From contig OX597832.1 of NCBI GenBank assembly GCA_951406725.2, forward strand, positions 62,248,001 to 62,312,000: DNA of 64,000 nt. The letters run 5' to 3'. The translations under genes and the position numbers were made by a program. This document shows, piece after piece, positions 1 to 14,295 of this stretch; the first letter of the stretch is position 1, and the number at the start of each line of letters is the position of its first letter. The DNA is from Octopus vulgaris. Taxonomy: Eukaryota. Below the pieces are notes generated by a model. That model had not been told where the DNA came from. It searched no databases and worked only from the letters and a program-made list of their open reading frames with translations.

Positions 1-994
1 ATATGTATATATATATATATATGCATACGTATATATATATATACACACATACATATATATACACATATATACACATATACATATATATTTATATATATAT
101 ATATAAGTATATATATACAAATAGATACATATATATGTATGTGTGTGTGTGTGTGTGTGTGTGTGCGTAAGTATATATGTATGGTCACATTTACTTCATT
201 TCCGACTCTTTTATATATTTCATATTTCCAAATCAATTATAATAGACCTTCTACCGACTCAACAACACCTCAATCCCTATTTTCTAACTAGCTGCTTTAT
301 TTATATTTACTCATGGGTATTAATATTGTCAGTACCTCCCTATATATCCCTTCTATTTGTTTATCATGCAATTTTCTATATCATACGTGTCAGCCAGTAA
401 TATTGACTAGCTTACATTGCTCTCCAGTGTATACTCCATGCTTGACACAAGAGAAGATTCGCTTAATGGTCTAATGAGGTGATTTCATGCTAAAAGCATT
501 TTGTCGTCCAGTTTTTTTTTCTGTTTATATTTTAATAAACCCTGATATTGTCTCAGTAGCTTTTCTATATTCATAAATTTTATATGTAACATCCTATGCG
601 ACATTTTAGAATATTCACATACACACACATACGTACACTTCTTTTATCCATCACTCTCTCGCCCTCTCTCTCTCATCTTCTGTCTCTTTCCCATCCTATC
701 TCGCTCTCATACACACATACACATAGACACATGAGCATATAAGCACTACCACATAGAAACAAAACCACACATACGTGTTTCTATGACTACGTTAGCACAA
801 ATATATATACATATACACATACACATCAGTGTATGAATATATCTAGATATTTACCCTACCAAGTCATTCTCTCTCTCTCCTCTCTCTCTGTCTATATATA
901 TGTATATGTATGTATATTTATATGTATATATGTCTATATATATATATGTATATGTATGTATATATGTAAATATTTATGCATATGTATATAAACA

Positions 995-1047
<53 letters not shown>

Positions 1048-1116
1048 AATATTTATGAATATGTATATATATGCATATATGTATATATATGCATATATGT
1101 ATATATACATACATAC

Positions 1117-1169
<53 letters not shown>

Positions 1170-1886
1170 GCATGGAATATTATCATATTGATGAGAGTAT
1201 CAAATCTATTATATATTCACATGAATTCTTAATCTCAGAAAAATGTCTCTCTCTCTTCTTTCGCTCCACTCAATGCAGACTCTGCTCTGTGTTCCCTTAT
1301 CCTTCTTTTATCAAATCCGCTCTTGGCTCTGCATTGCTGTGAGGATTACAATAATACTGAAACATTACCAGTATTTTTGGCGTGCTTGGCAGCGGAATGA
1401 GAATAATGGCTTCTAATAGAGGCTGAAAGCCAGAACCTTTCAAAAGCCTAAGTGGATCACATAAGCCTGTGACCTGGCAGCATCGTGAGCACATCAGACA
1501 GAATTATTAACAGCGTTTAGTCCGACTCTTTGCGTTCTGCGTTAAAATTCCGCTCAGTTTGACAATGTTTTTCTTCCGTACGGGGCCGGTAGAATAAGGC
1601 ACCAGTGAAGAACTGGGATCGTTGTAGTCCTCTCAAAACTAATGGTCGTGATCCCTGCAACAAACCGTAATCCCAGTCAGGGCAAAAGTTATGACTTCAG
1701 TCGTCAGGGAAACAGGGTCAGATGAGTAGGTATCTCGCGGAGATTGGCACTGGCTGGGACTTAACTCGACATGTCACCCGTGAGGACTCATCGAATCTGG
1801 GCCTTGATTAGTACTTTATTTTATTGACTTGCAAGGGATGAACGATAACACTGACCCAGGCTGGTTAACATAAAATTGGGAGAAGG

Positions 1887-2122
1887 TTTACTCTTTTACT
1901 CTGCTACTTGTTTCGGTCATTTGACTGTGGCTATACTGGAGCACCGCCTTTAGTCGAGAAAATTGATCCTAGGACTTATTCTTTGTAAACCTAGTACATA
2001 TTCTATCGGTCTCTTTGGCCGAACCGCTAAGTTACGGGATATAAGCACACCAGCATCAGTTGTCAGGTGATGTTGGGGGGACAACCACAGACACACAAAC
2101 CTATATAGACACACACACACAC

Positions 2123-2162
<40 letters not shown>

Positions 2163-2315
2163 CGATCTTCTTTCAGTTTCCGTCTACCAAATCCACTCAA
2201 GGCTTTGGTCGATCCGAGGCTATAGTAGAAGGCACTTGCCCAAGGTTCCACGCAGTGGGACTGAACCCGGAACCGTGTGGTCGGTAAGTAAGCTACTTAC
2301 CACACAGCCACTCCT
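1887..2315 (-). mobile_element. tRNA-derived SINE, family A, full length with internal (TA)n/(TG)n tract
   Basis: Minus strand: GGAGTGGCTGTGTGGTAAG (A-box-like), GGGTTCAGTCCC (B-box-like), internal microsatellite at about 2102-2160, tail GCGGTGCTCCAG...AAGAGTAAA. Many homologous copies in the window. Confidence 0.9.
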
Positions 2316-2778
2316 TCAAATTTGTCGTGAGGTAGCGGGCTAGCAAAACCGTGCGAGCGTCGGAAATAACCTTGTAGTATATGTTCTGGATTTCTATACG
2401 GGGATTCAAAATCCTGCCGAAGTATGGTGCACAGCTGCGGCAGAAAAAATACTCCTCTGGCTGTTAGGACGTATATTATCCACTGAAGTTAGACAGGTGT
2501 TAATGGTGTGTTCATGTACCTCTTGTTTTACTGAATATTTTTGTTAATCGGTAGTTACCCTCATGACTTGGACCAGTGTACAAGGTTTTTGCTGTTGAAG
2601 CATCAACCTGTAAAATGTTGAACGTATTTGCCACATCCTGTATTTTTGCGTTTATAAAATGGGATAATCTTGTGCATAGAACGTAAGTTTAAACACGCCC
2701 CCCTCTTACTTTTACATACAACAACTTATACATACATACATATTTATATATATATGTTTGCCTACATATAAACCGTGT

Positions 2779-3156
2779 TAATATGGAAGCACTCCGTCGG
2801 TTACGACGACGAGGGTTCCGGTTGATCCGAATCAACGGAACAGCCTGCTCGTGAAATTAACGTGTAAGTGGCTGAGCACTCCACAGACACGTGTACCCTT
2901 AATGTAGTTCTCGGGGATATTCAGCGTGACAAGGCCGGCCCTTTGAAATACATGTACAACAGAAACAGGAAGTAAGAGTGAGAGAAAGTTGTGGTAAAAG
3001 AGTACAGCAGGGATCACCACCATCCCCTGCCGGAGCCTCGTGGAGCTTTAGGTGTTTTCGCTCAATAAACACTCACAACGCCCGGTCTGGGAATCGAAAT
3101 CGCGATCCTATGACCGCGAGTCCGCTGCCCTAACCACTGGGCCAATGCGCCTCCAC
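2779..3156 (-). mobile_element. tRNA-derived SINE, family C, intact with 11-bp target-site duplication
   Basis: Minus-strand head TGGCCCAGTGGTTAGG...GATTTCGATTCCC (A and B boxes); identical flanking direct repeat ATAAACCGTGT at 2768-2778 and 3157-3167. Confidence 0.9.
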
Positions 3157-4729
3157 ATAAACCGTGTAGATAGTCTTAAATACATATACTGCTCGTCTAG
3201 TCTCCTACAACACCAGTTGCACTTGGCGTATTTTTAAATGTTTGGCAAAACAAATCTTCTGAATTCAATTTCGCATTCAGCCAGTCAACGATATGTAATA
3301 GCTAAAATTAAACAGTTTCAGAGTGCCTTCAGGAAATTTGTAGTTGTGATTCGTACTTTAATCGAATAATGTCGGATTTTGCAATTTTTTAAATTTCAGA
3401 ATTTGGGGTAAAGGATTATCGGCTGTGTATATTTCTCCCGCGAAAAGCTAACGCACCACCTTCTCTAAAACCATATCTTCGCCGTTGGGTAACTTTACAA
3501 GAGATTTTTAATTTTTGCTGAGCTCCAGATCCGTCATGACTAAGTAAAAATATTATCATATCGTTTAAATTGTAAGTCTTCCGTCGTTTTCCCTAACATT
3601 ATGTGTCTTGTCTAAAATTAAGCGACGTTTTCTTCCATTTTCAGAACGGTAGGGTGTAATTTGAGAGATATTTAGCTATCATTTCCATCAGCTAGGACGA
3701 AGTATGCAAATATTTGTTTTTACAGATTACTCAATCACTATAAAGACAGTTGCAAAATCTTCAACTGCTTCCCTGAAGCCATTGATTATATATGTTGAAT
3801 CTAGGAATCATTAGCATTTATTTCTTACCAATCACGTAGGATCTCTAAAATTCCTGGTCACTGCCTTTTCCTTCTCCTCTGCCTTCTCTTCCTCCTCCTC
3901 TTTCTGCTCTTTGAAGGTCATGAAACTAACTTGCATTAGGAAAATATCTAAGACGTGACTGGTCAGAGATAGAAAGTGGGGTCAGTAGAATGCCGCTTAC
4001 AAAAAGGCCAATGTTCGAATAATCAAATTCTGCTAATTTGAATGAGAGTCTGTACTTTAAGATCCGAAACTACCCAGTGAGTCAGAAGACAATGCTGATG
4101 ATGTATCCAAGTATTGCGTCTGTAGATGTACTTTGAAACGAGAAATTCGTAGAAATATATTTCGGAAAGGACTTAGAATATACAAATAGAAGACCTTCAC
4201 ACAAGCAAAACAAAAGAAAACACACACCACACAAACAAGCAAATAAATATTTTTCATATAGTTTTATTAACCATTTCTTTTTTTTTTTTTTTTTCTTTTT
4301 ACACAATTTGTATCACAAAAATATGGAAATCAATCAAATTTGCAGCTGTGCGTTATTTTGCCGATCCAAAGCAAGTTGAGTAAGCATTGATTTACTTTGT
4401 CAACGCTGATAGGCCATTATTGTTCTGGGACTCTACTATTCCGTTGAGCCTGCAGCAAGTCTTTTATGCAGATTGCATTCTTAAATTACAAAACTATTGT
4501 CAAGGTTGCCATTCACAGCACAGAATATTACAAACACAATATTCCTTCTGGATGGACATCATATCATTCAATGCATTTCCTTTCGTCAACATTACTCTGT
4601 CGCTCGTTGTTTTGATGTTGACTCTGACGTAAATAAGTCTGGTCATTCTTTACAAATATATTCATCTTTATTTTCTTCATTTTTCTTTATTTTTTTCTTG
4701 CTATTTCCTGTCGTCTTTCTTGTTATGCA

Positions 4730-5460
4730 GTCTTCTTCTTCTTCTTCTTCTTCTTCTTCTTCTTCTTCTTCTTCTTCTTCTTCTTCTTCTTCTTCTTCTC
4801 TTCTTCCTACTTCTTCTTCTTTTTCTTCTCCTTCTCCTTCTTCTTCTCCTTCTTCTTCTCCTTCTTCTTCTTCTCCTTCTTCTTCTCCTTCTTCTTTTTC
4901 TTCTTCTCCTTCTTCTTCTTCTTCTTCTTCTTCTCCTTCTCCTTCTTCTTCTTCTTCTCCTTCTTCTTCTTCTTCTCCTCCTCCTCCTCCTCCTTCTTCT
5001 TCTTCTTCTTCTTCTTCTTCTTCTTCTTCTTCTCTCCTCCTTCTTCTTCTTCTTCTTCTTCTTCTTCTTCTTCTTCTTCTTCTTCTTTTCTTCTTCTTCT
5101 TCTTCTTCTTCACTACCACTACCACTAATACTACTGTTCCTAATTCTACTGCTAGTATAACTACTAACACTTCCAATCTTCCACGACCTTTTCCTCCTCC
5201 CCCTCCTCCTTCTTTCGTTTCTTCTTCTTCGTCACCTTTTACTTCTTTCTTTCCTTTCTCTTCTTCTTTCGCTTCTTCTTCTTCTTCTTCTTCTTCTTCT
5301 TCTCCTCCTCCTCCTCCTTCTTCTTCTTCTTCATTTTTTCTTCTTCTTCTACTTCTTCTTCTTCTTCTTTTTCTTCTTCGTCAACTTCTTTTGTTTCTTT
5401 CGTTTTTCTTTCGCTTCTTTCTCTTCTTTTTTCGTTCCCTTTTTTTCTTGCTTTCTTTCA
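4730..5460. repeat. (CTT)n/(CCT)n polypyrimidine low-complexity tract
   Basis: Directly visible; source of the spurious poly-S/L/E ORFs. Confidence 0.97.
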
Positions 5461-6107
5461 TCTTCTTTTCCTGATCCACTCATTTCTTCTCTCTTTCGCA
5501 ACATTTATATTCGTTTTCCCCAATTCCCTTTCCAATACATATTTTTGGTCCTGCTGCAGTTGGTGTCCATCCCTAACTCCTTGTCCTCCTCCACCTCCTC
5601 CTCGTTCTCCACCTCCTCCTCTACCTCCTCCTTTCCTCGTCTTCCTCCTCATCATCTGTTTTTCTTCTTTTTTCTTCTTCTTCATCTACTACTACTACTA
5701 CCGCTGCTGCTGCTGCAACTTTTTCATCTCCATCTTCTTCTTCATCCTCTCCTTCATCATCATCATCATCATCATCATCTAGTACGTCATCTCTTTCCTC
5801 TTCTCCCTTTTCCCTTTTCCCTATTTCTCACATTCTCCCTCTTTCCCTACTCCTGTCATTTCATTATTTCTAACTCATGTCTTTCAGTGTTTTCTCTCCT
5901 TTTCTCTATATTTTTCTCTCTCCTCCCCTCCTCCTCCTCTTCCCCTTCCTCCTTCTCCTCCTTCATATCGCAATTCATCTCTTCCTTGGAACCCATTCTC
6001 ATTATACTTCATATTCTTCTTTCTCTCTTTCTCTTCTCTCCCCCTTTCTCCTTCCACATGTCTTCCATCTCCCCCACCCCATTATACTTTCAATATTTTT
6101 CTTATTT

Positions 6108-6325
6108 AAGGCGACGAGCTGGCAGAAACGTTAGCACGCTGGGCGAAATGCTTACCGGTATTTCGTCTGTCTTTACGTTCTTAGTTCAAATCCCACCAAA
6201 GCCCACTTTGCCTTTCATCCTTTTAGGGTCAATAAATTAAGTACCACTTGCTTACTGGGGTCAATTTAATCGACTGGCCTCCGCCCCCAAAATTTTGGGC
6301 CTTGTGCCTAGAGTAGAATAGAATA
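6108..6325 (+). mobile_element. tRNA-derived SINE, family B
   Basis: AGGCGACGAGCTGGCAGAAACGTTAGC head, AGTTCAAATCCC B-box-like motif, body AAGTACC...CTGGGGTC...GGCCTTGTGCC. About 20 further copies or fragments, e.g. near 7305, 11805, 17815, 30198, 31490, 39160, 49090, 51465, 53040, 63910. Confidence 0.9.
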
Positions 6326-6675
6326 TTATTCGTATTCATTTTCATCCTTCACCTACCTTATCTTCTCCTTGAACTCATTTTCCATTTTCTTCATCTATTT
6401 GACTCAAATCATTTTTCTTTTATCTTCAAGTCTTTCTTTTTCCTCTTCCATTTTTTTCAACATTCCTTCCTTTCATTCGTCTCCTCTTATTTTCCTTCTT
6501 TCTCGATATCCAAAATTTCTTCAAATTTCGTCAAATTTCTTCCAATTCTTTTACTCCTCCCTTCATTCCATCCTTTTCTCTTCTTCCTTCTTGCCCATGT
6601 CACAAACATAAGAACCAGTTAAGCACAGTCCACCCACAGCAGGAGTAGTAATACCACCAACAGCAGCAATCCTAA

Positions 6676-6699
6676 TTGTGGTAGTGGTAGTAGTAGTAC

Positions 6700-6746
<47 letters not shown>

Positions 6747-7229
6747 CTAGCAGCAGCAGCAGTAGTAGTGGTAGTAGTAGTAGTAGTAGTAGCAGTAGTA
6801 GTAGTAGTAGTGGTAGTAGTGGCAGTACTAGTAGTAGTAGTAGTGGTGGTGGTGGTGGTGGTGATGCTGGTGGTGGTGGTTGTTGTGGTGGTAGTAGCAG
6901 AGGTGGTGGTGGTGGTGGTGGTGGTAGTAGTAGTAGTAGTGGTGGTGGTGGTGGTGGTGGTAGTGGTGGTAGTGGTGGTGGTGGTGGTGATGGTGGTGGT
7001 GGTGGTTGTTGTGGTTGTAGTAGCAGAGGTGGTGGTGGTAGTGGTGGTAGTGGTAGCGGTGGTAGTAGTAGTAGTAATGGCAGTTGTGGTGGTGCTAGTA
7101 GTAGTAGTTGCTGTAGTAGTAGTAATAGTAGTAGTAGTAGTAGTGGTAGTAGTAGTAGTAGTAGTAGTAGTAATGGCGATAGTGGTGGTGTTAGTAGTAG
7201 TAGTAGTACCAGCAGCAGCAGCAGCAGTA

Positions 7230-7296
<67 letters not shown>

Positions 7297-7297
7297 C
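6676..7297. repeat. (GTA)n/(GTG)n trinucleotide array
   Basis: Directly visible; explains the poly-T and poly-V ORFs. Confidence 0.97.
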
Positions 7298-8039
7298 AGT
7301 TGTCATCTCACCGAGGTCGTCCTTTGCTTTATTTTCGTCCTTTCCGGGGTCCATAAAATAATTACCAATCGAACACTGAGGGAGATCGATGTAATCGACT
7401 TGACCCCATCCCCCGTCTCCTAAAATTCCAGGCTTTGTGTCGATAACAGAATATCATTACTATTATTATAGATGTCATTCTACTTTTTCCTGTCTCCATA
7501 TCATTTTCATCGAAAATGGCTGCAATTTCATTCTCTTTCATTTTCTTCTTCCATTTTTTCGCACGTTCCTTCCTTCCTTCCTTTTATTTGTTTCCTCTTA
7601 TTTTCCTTCTCCTTCAGTAGCCAACTCGTTCTTTTTTAATCTTTTCTCTTCTCGTTCATATTTTTCTCTATTTTCTTCATTCCCTTTCTTTTTGTTTGTT
7701 TCTTCTCTCTGCTTTTCTTGCTCCTTCCACTTATTTCCTCCGCTCGGTTTTCTCCCTTCTATTTTTCTTTTTCTCTTTCCTTTTTGTTTTCCTCCCACTC
7801 CCTCTCCTCCTCTCCTCGTACCTTTTCTTTACCGCTCTTCTCACATCTTTTTCCCTCCGCTATTTTTCTATCGCTTCTTTCTTAAGCTTCTTTTGATTTT
7901 CTTCTGTTCCTCTTTCTTCAAAACATCTTTTTGTTATCCTAGTTGAACTTCTTTTCTTCTTCCGTTTTCTTCAACATCTTTTTCCATTTCATTTCTCTAC
8001 TAACTGTTCATCTGAATTCTCTTTCATTATATCGGTGCA

Positions 8040-8620
8040 CTTTTCCTTATTATCCTCTTTCCATAATTCATCCCAGTGCACGTCCTTCACTGTTACAGTC
8101 AAGCCTGGGTTTACATCGTTTTGTGCTGGCTTACTACACTTACCTAGAAAATTATTCATACTTTCGATTCCATTTCTACATACGCTGCATTTGCTGTCTG
8201 ACTAAACATTACTAATATCTTTCATCAAATTTTCAACCAATTACATCTAACAACTTGCGTACTTCACTTCAAACCAATCATATACTGCAAAACATAACCA
8301 TAGAGTTCTTTCGCTCCACAGTTCTTTATCCTGTCGGCCTTCCTTCTGTTGAAATCTTTTGATGGTTTTAATGAATACTTCGATTTTTCTAATCGCAGGT
8401 GACAATTTTTCTCGATGTCCACAATATACATTTCACAATCATTTTTTTTCAAACACCCAAAGATACAGCGATAATGGTGTCTTCTACATGTAACTGATCA
8501 CCACTGTTTCTTAATCGTTAATAGAGACTGCTGATATTACAGGTCAGTGTTTTGTGTTATGCATTCAGAAGTCCTTTTTAAGTTAACTTTTTGTGTAATT
8601 TGCAGAAGGAGGTGAGCAAC
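8040..8620 (-). pseudogene. Old degraded R4/Dong-type non-LTR retrotransposon fragment
   Basis: Minus-strand reading gives KELYGY and SKCSVCRNGIESMNNFLGKCSKPAQ, resembling the zinc-knuckle region of the better-preserved fragments at 9006 and 47875; many stops and frameshifts. Confidence 0.5.
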
Positions 8621-8764
8621 TCCACACTGTTATTGTTGTTATTATTATTAGCGTCAGTTCTTCCGACTCTAGTCTTAATGACGACTATGATTTTTATCCT
8701 TCCATACTAATCATGTACTGCGGTTGATATAATCGACTTACCATTATCCCAATACTGGGGGAGT

Positions 8765-9005
<241 letters not shown>

Positions 9006-9657
9006 GCGTTTGCACGGCTTCTAACGCTGGAGATGTACTATAGTGTCAGCTGTTAACTACCAGTGAAGTAAGGTAACACACCTTATTTTTCGAGCAACAT
9101 CCGGAGTATTCGAGCGGTTTTAAGCAGTGCTGTTTTCTGCAAGTGCTCCTTATTGCAGCCCCTAATTGTTCCATGTAATTCTCAAATGTTTTACTCACTG
9201 TTCCCTGGGCTCCAACAATTATTAGTACTACTACCACCTTTTTCAGTGACCACAACTGCTTAACCTCCCAAGCTAACCTGTCTTATCTATCGACTTTTTT
9301 TTCTTCTTTATCGCATACCTTGTTGTCAGCTGGGCATGCTAATTCTATGATTCAACATCTTTTGCTTACTTTCCCAATTAACACTATGTCTCGTTTCCTA
9401 TTCTCTATCTCATGGTCGCACTGAAACATAAAATCCCATTGGATCTTTGCATTATCATTTTCAATGATGCCCTCGGGTTTATTTTCATACTACTTTTTTG
9501 TTCTATCTAGTCCATACTTGTTGCAAAGTGACCAATGGACAAAGCTTGCTATATTGTCAGGACGTTTGTTTTATCCTTTCTGGGCCAGTAGCGTACTTTG
9601 ACTGGTAATATGCCATACAGTTTCACCATTTTGTCCACAAATTCTGCATTTATCACT
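9006..9657 (-). mobile_element. R4/Dong-type non-LTR retrotransposon 3' fragment (zinc knuckle and restriction-like endonuclease)
   Basis: Minus strand: CRICGQNGETVWHITSQ ... KIQWDFMFQCDHEIENRKRDIVLI ... IIELACPAD ... VVVVLIIVGAQGTV; in-frame stops; runs into (TGA)n/(TAA)n. Confidence 0.85.
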
Positions 9658-10313
9658 TTCTTCTTCTTCTTCTTCTTCTTCTTCTTCTTCTTCTTCTTCT
9701 TCTTCTTCTTCTTCTTCTTCTTCTTCTTCTTCTTCTTCTTCGTCTTCTTATTATTATTTTTTGTTGTTGATAGATTTACCTCCGGACAGTTTTTTTTTGT
9801 GGCGTTTTTTAAACTTATGAAAGGTTCACTCTGTCTGTGTTAGTTCGAAAAAATGAGAATAAAATAAGAAAAACAAAGGCAGTTTTGATTTTGTTTTTGC
9901 TTGTTTTGTGTCATGTGCTTTCATGTGCGTGAGTGTGTGTCCTGTAAATTTCACTCAGTGTGTAAAATTTTGCAATGTATGTGTAGTCCTATGGGTATCA
10001 AAATGTATATATAATTGTGTAGACATTCGAGTGTATGCGTGATTACTCTATTTATGCACTTACTATTTTTTTTATTTTGGTCCGTTTCTATTTTATTATT
10101 TGTAAACTTTCCGGTGTTCAAATCGCGTGTGTGTTACGCATATGTTTCATTGAGACACCGTGCGTAGGAGAAACTGCTCTGTGTATGGTAGTAAAATTTC
10201 GTTTCTTTTCTTAGTATATTCGTTAAAATTCCATCGATGTTATTGGGTTAGATTTGTTTTTGAATAGAGAGCCCGGTTAGTACATCCATGTTGTTATTCA
10301 GTGCGGGCATTAC

Positions 10314-10374
<61 letters not shown>

Positions 10375-10390
10375 TTTATTTTTATTTTTA

Positions 10391-10470
<80 letters not shown>

Positions 10471-11152
10471 TTGTCTCTGTCGTTACACTTCTCGAAATGT
10501 ATACATCAATAATGCCACTATACTTTCTTCAGCTTAATAACTTCCATTTTTAGATCTGATGAAAGATGCTATGATATTTACTTCTCCACTATGACTTCAT
10601 CAGTTTAATCCGGGATCTTCATACAATGTCCTTCCTAAATATAAATCTATTTATGTCTATATATCTACTGATATATGTTTTAATTCAGGAACGATTTAAT
10701 TCCGGATCATCATAAAAAATGATAACTAATAATTCTTGATATATCCAGAGTGTATATATATATATATATATGTATGTTTGTGTGTATTTGTATGATAATA
10801 TCTATATTACATCTAGATCACTGAAATCTCCGATCATCATACTTTGTGACGCAGTTGAATAGGAACGACCAATATATTTACATCACGTCTTAATCTTGTT
10901 TGATCTCCAGTTAATATATTCTACGTTACTATTTTTGGATACGTACAGAGTGTATACTGGCAAAACATATATATATATATAAGTATTTATGTATGAATTT
11001 TGAATAGTCGATCGCCAGTTGTCATTGTTTGTTCTATGCTTAGATATATAGATAATGTGTTTTTACAATATTTATATAACGACAGCTCTTTTATCGATGT
11101 TGTCTCGGATCTTCATAAACTGCATTAGTCATGGATATGTGTGAGTGTGTAT

Positions 11153-11184
<32 letters not shown>

Positions 11185-11947
11185 GCTTTTGTATTATTTA
11201 CAATAATTGTCCTACCTAACGTCTTCATATATTTGATCTCTGATCATCATAAAGTTAGTTATTCTTGCGTATATATATACATACAAATTCTATGTTTACA
11301 ATGTCCATTTCTACACTACGATTTTATCATTTTGATCTCTAATCATCAAAACGTATCTTATTCCTGGAAATGTGTATATTTTATCTCTAAAGATGATGCT
11401 AATATTCAGAAGAATTAATGTCTTATTAACAATAATTCATCTGAAAAGTCATTTTAATCCTTTATATTCTGTTCTTTTTATATTCCAGGTTAATAATCGC
11501 TGGGCAGATCTGAGATGATTTGTGATTAAAAGGCCTTTAACTAGTCTCACTCTTCCTTTCAGACATAGTCTAACTAATGTCTATCTTATCAAATACGGCA
11601 ATATCTTTTAAATGGCGAAAGGGATAGATTTAGTCATATTTATATTCTGTCTTACTCATGGATTTCAATAATGGTAGAACGATGTTTGCTATAATTTATA
11701 ACAGGTTGGGTGGCAAGAAATAGGTAACATGGAAATGAAAAATAAATTTGTCCCAGCGTTGAGCAAAATATTTTTTTAGATTTAAAAGTCATTTCTACTA
11801 AAATCACAAGGTCTGACATTTTGTGAGGTGGGGTAGTTGGTTACATCGTCTCCAATCTTCAACTGATACATATTTTATTGATCCCGAAAAAATGAAATAC
11901 GAAGTCGACTCCAGCAGAATCTGAACGCTGAACGTGAAGACAAACGA

Positions 11948-12020
<73 letters not shown>

Positions 12021-12032
12021 ATCATTATTATT

Positions 12033-12483
12033 GAGTGAGAGAGCAGTGACACTGGGGTAAAATATACGAAACTCAATAAACTCATGACTCTCAGACTGAT
12101 AAAGGTACATACATCACAACCATATGTGTGCGACATGGTGATCTCATATCAAGATAAACAGTGCAGGTTCAAAAGGTTCCTCAATACGGGCTATTTAAGT
12201 ACATTGAAAGAAACAGTCAAACCACCCACTCAAATTCCTCTCAAATCATGGCTATGATGTCCTACCACTACTTCTGCTCGTGATCAGAGGTGCACATATC
12301 ATCAGTTATCAAGGGACATGCTCAGCTGGTTAAGGTCAACCAACTAACAAGCAAATCTGTAGTATTGGGCAGAATATTTGCTGTAGCACATCTTTTATAC
12401 CAAGACTAAACAATGTACATAATAGCACTTCCAAGTTAAGATCAGAAATCATGAGAGCTACTGACAGGTACTGCATCACGGCA
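12033..12483. mobile_element. Non-coding element bounded by (TTA)n, copy 1 (internally deleted)
   Basis: Homologous along its length to 12501-13037; both ends abut TTA tracts. Confidence 0.75.
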
Positions 12484-12500
12484 TTATTATTATTATCATT

Positions 12501-13037
12501 GTGTGAGAGAGCAGTGCATGCCATCAAAGTGACACTGGGGTAAAATATACGAAGCCCAGTATACCCATCATGACTATCCGTCTGATAAGGGTACACTAGG
12601 CACATGCATCACAACCTTATGTGCGCGACATAGTGATCTCATATCAAGATAAACAGCGCATGACCATACAGGTGGGGCCCAGTTAGAAGTTTCTTCTGGT
12701 CAAGTAGCCCATCCCACTCAAACGGTCTGTGAATAAGTATTGTTTAAGGATGTTGAATGAACCACTCATATTTCCAAAGGCGAATTATCCAAACCCCAAA
12801 GAATTCCTCTCAACACATGGCTATGATGCTCCCCCACTGCTTCTGCACATGATCAGAGATGCACATATCGTCAGCCACTAAGGGACATGCTCAACTGGTT
12901 AACAAATCTGTGGTATGGAGCAGAATATTTGCTGTAGCCCATCTTTTATACCAATACAGAACAATGTATATGATAACACTTCCAATCAGTTAAGATCAGA
13001 AGCCATGAGAGCCACTGCCTGGTACTGCATCAGGGCA
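12501..13037. mobile_element. Non-coding element bounded by (TTA)n, copy 2
   Basis: Shared termini GTGAGAGAGCAGTG...GGTACTGCATCA(C/G)GGCA with copy 1; TTA tracts on both sides. Confidence 0.75.
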
Positions 13038-13102
<65 letters not shown>

Positions 13103-14225
13103 TTTTATTATTATTAGTCAATGCTCTTGCACTATATGCCACTTTGTTCAGAGTTTACATTTATGTCTACTGTTGCGACAAAAACTTTTGTGCAGTTGAT
13201 GAGATCAGAGTCATGTCACCTCCTGCTGGGCTGCTGATGCCATAGTTTCCAAGCTTCGTTTTATAAACTTTATTGTAAAAAAAATCCAGCGTTTTATTGT
13301 TATCAAGGTTAGTGGGTGAAAAAATATCTATTGTTTGTTTTTGTTACCCTTGTTTCCCCATTTCACTTTTATATCTGTAAGGAACGGCGCCGGAAATCAT
13401 GGTCCTGATGACTCCTTCCCCATCAAAGTGAACAATTGCTGTGGAACCACTTCAGACTGCAACTTGTAAGATTACATTTCTTCTAGTCATGAATCAAAGA
13501 GAAAGAAAGAAAGACAGAAAGAGAGGAAGAGAGAGACGTAGAGAGACAGAGAGAAAGAGAAATAAAGGGAGAAAGTCACCCAGATTATTCCGGCCTATTG
13601 CCACCTCTATATAAGCGAAAGGGAATTTTTCAAGGCTTCCATTTAAAATATTCAAATAGCAGAAAGTCTATTTGCACAAGTAGTCAATCAACAACCATTT
13701 CAGTGTGTACAGCTTTCAAATGGCACTTCGGCCATTATCTATAACTAACAGTCCTCTTGACCTTCGCTTGACCTTCACCACATCGGGTATATCGATGTTG
13801 GTTACGTAGCATTAATGCTTTTAGTTGCACTGGCCGCATTATACTTGGCGGTTTGTATACCTTTGGGAGTTTTATTCGTGCTGATCATGTGTCTTGATTA
13901 AAGGTTAACCAAATGACATTTTGCCGCTTAATTCCATTTAATAATGTCAAATATGGCGTGGGTGTGAATTTATCTGTTTGTCACGGAGTCAATTACTTTC
14001 ATGTATCTGTGCAGTAGCTTCTCTTTTTTTTTTTGCCTTGTCTTTGATTATTTGATACATTGGAGAAATCCGAGAAAAACCGCTTCGCAGAAGTAATTCA
14101 ATCACTCACTTTATATATAAAAACAGTTCATACACATACATATACACGCATAAACGAATTACATATATACACACGCGCATGCATATATACACATACAAAC
14201 ATTCATATATATATATATATATATA

Positions 14226-14295
<70 letters not shown>

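Noticed and set aside
465-512. Hammerhead-like CTAATGAGG...AAAAGCATTTTGTC
   Set aside because: Both core boxes are mutated and the stems are unconvincing.
3085-3156. tRNA gene
   Set aside because: The A and B boxes are the head of a TSD-flanked SINE; no complete cloverleaf.
4497-7361. Long ORFs of 150-325 aa (poly-S, L, E, T, V)
   Set aside because: They are translations of stop-free trinucleotide repeats, open in several frames and on both strands.
12980-13037. U2 snRNA-like or HDV-ribozyme-like terminus
   Set aside because: Only about 10 nt resemble U2, and I could not build the HDV double pseudoknot.
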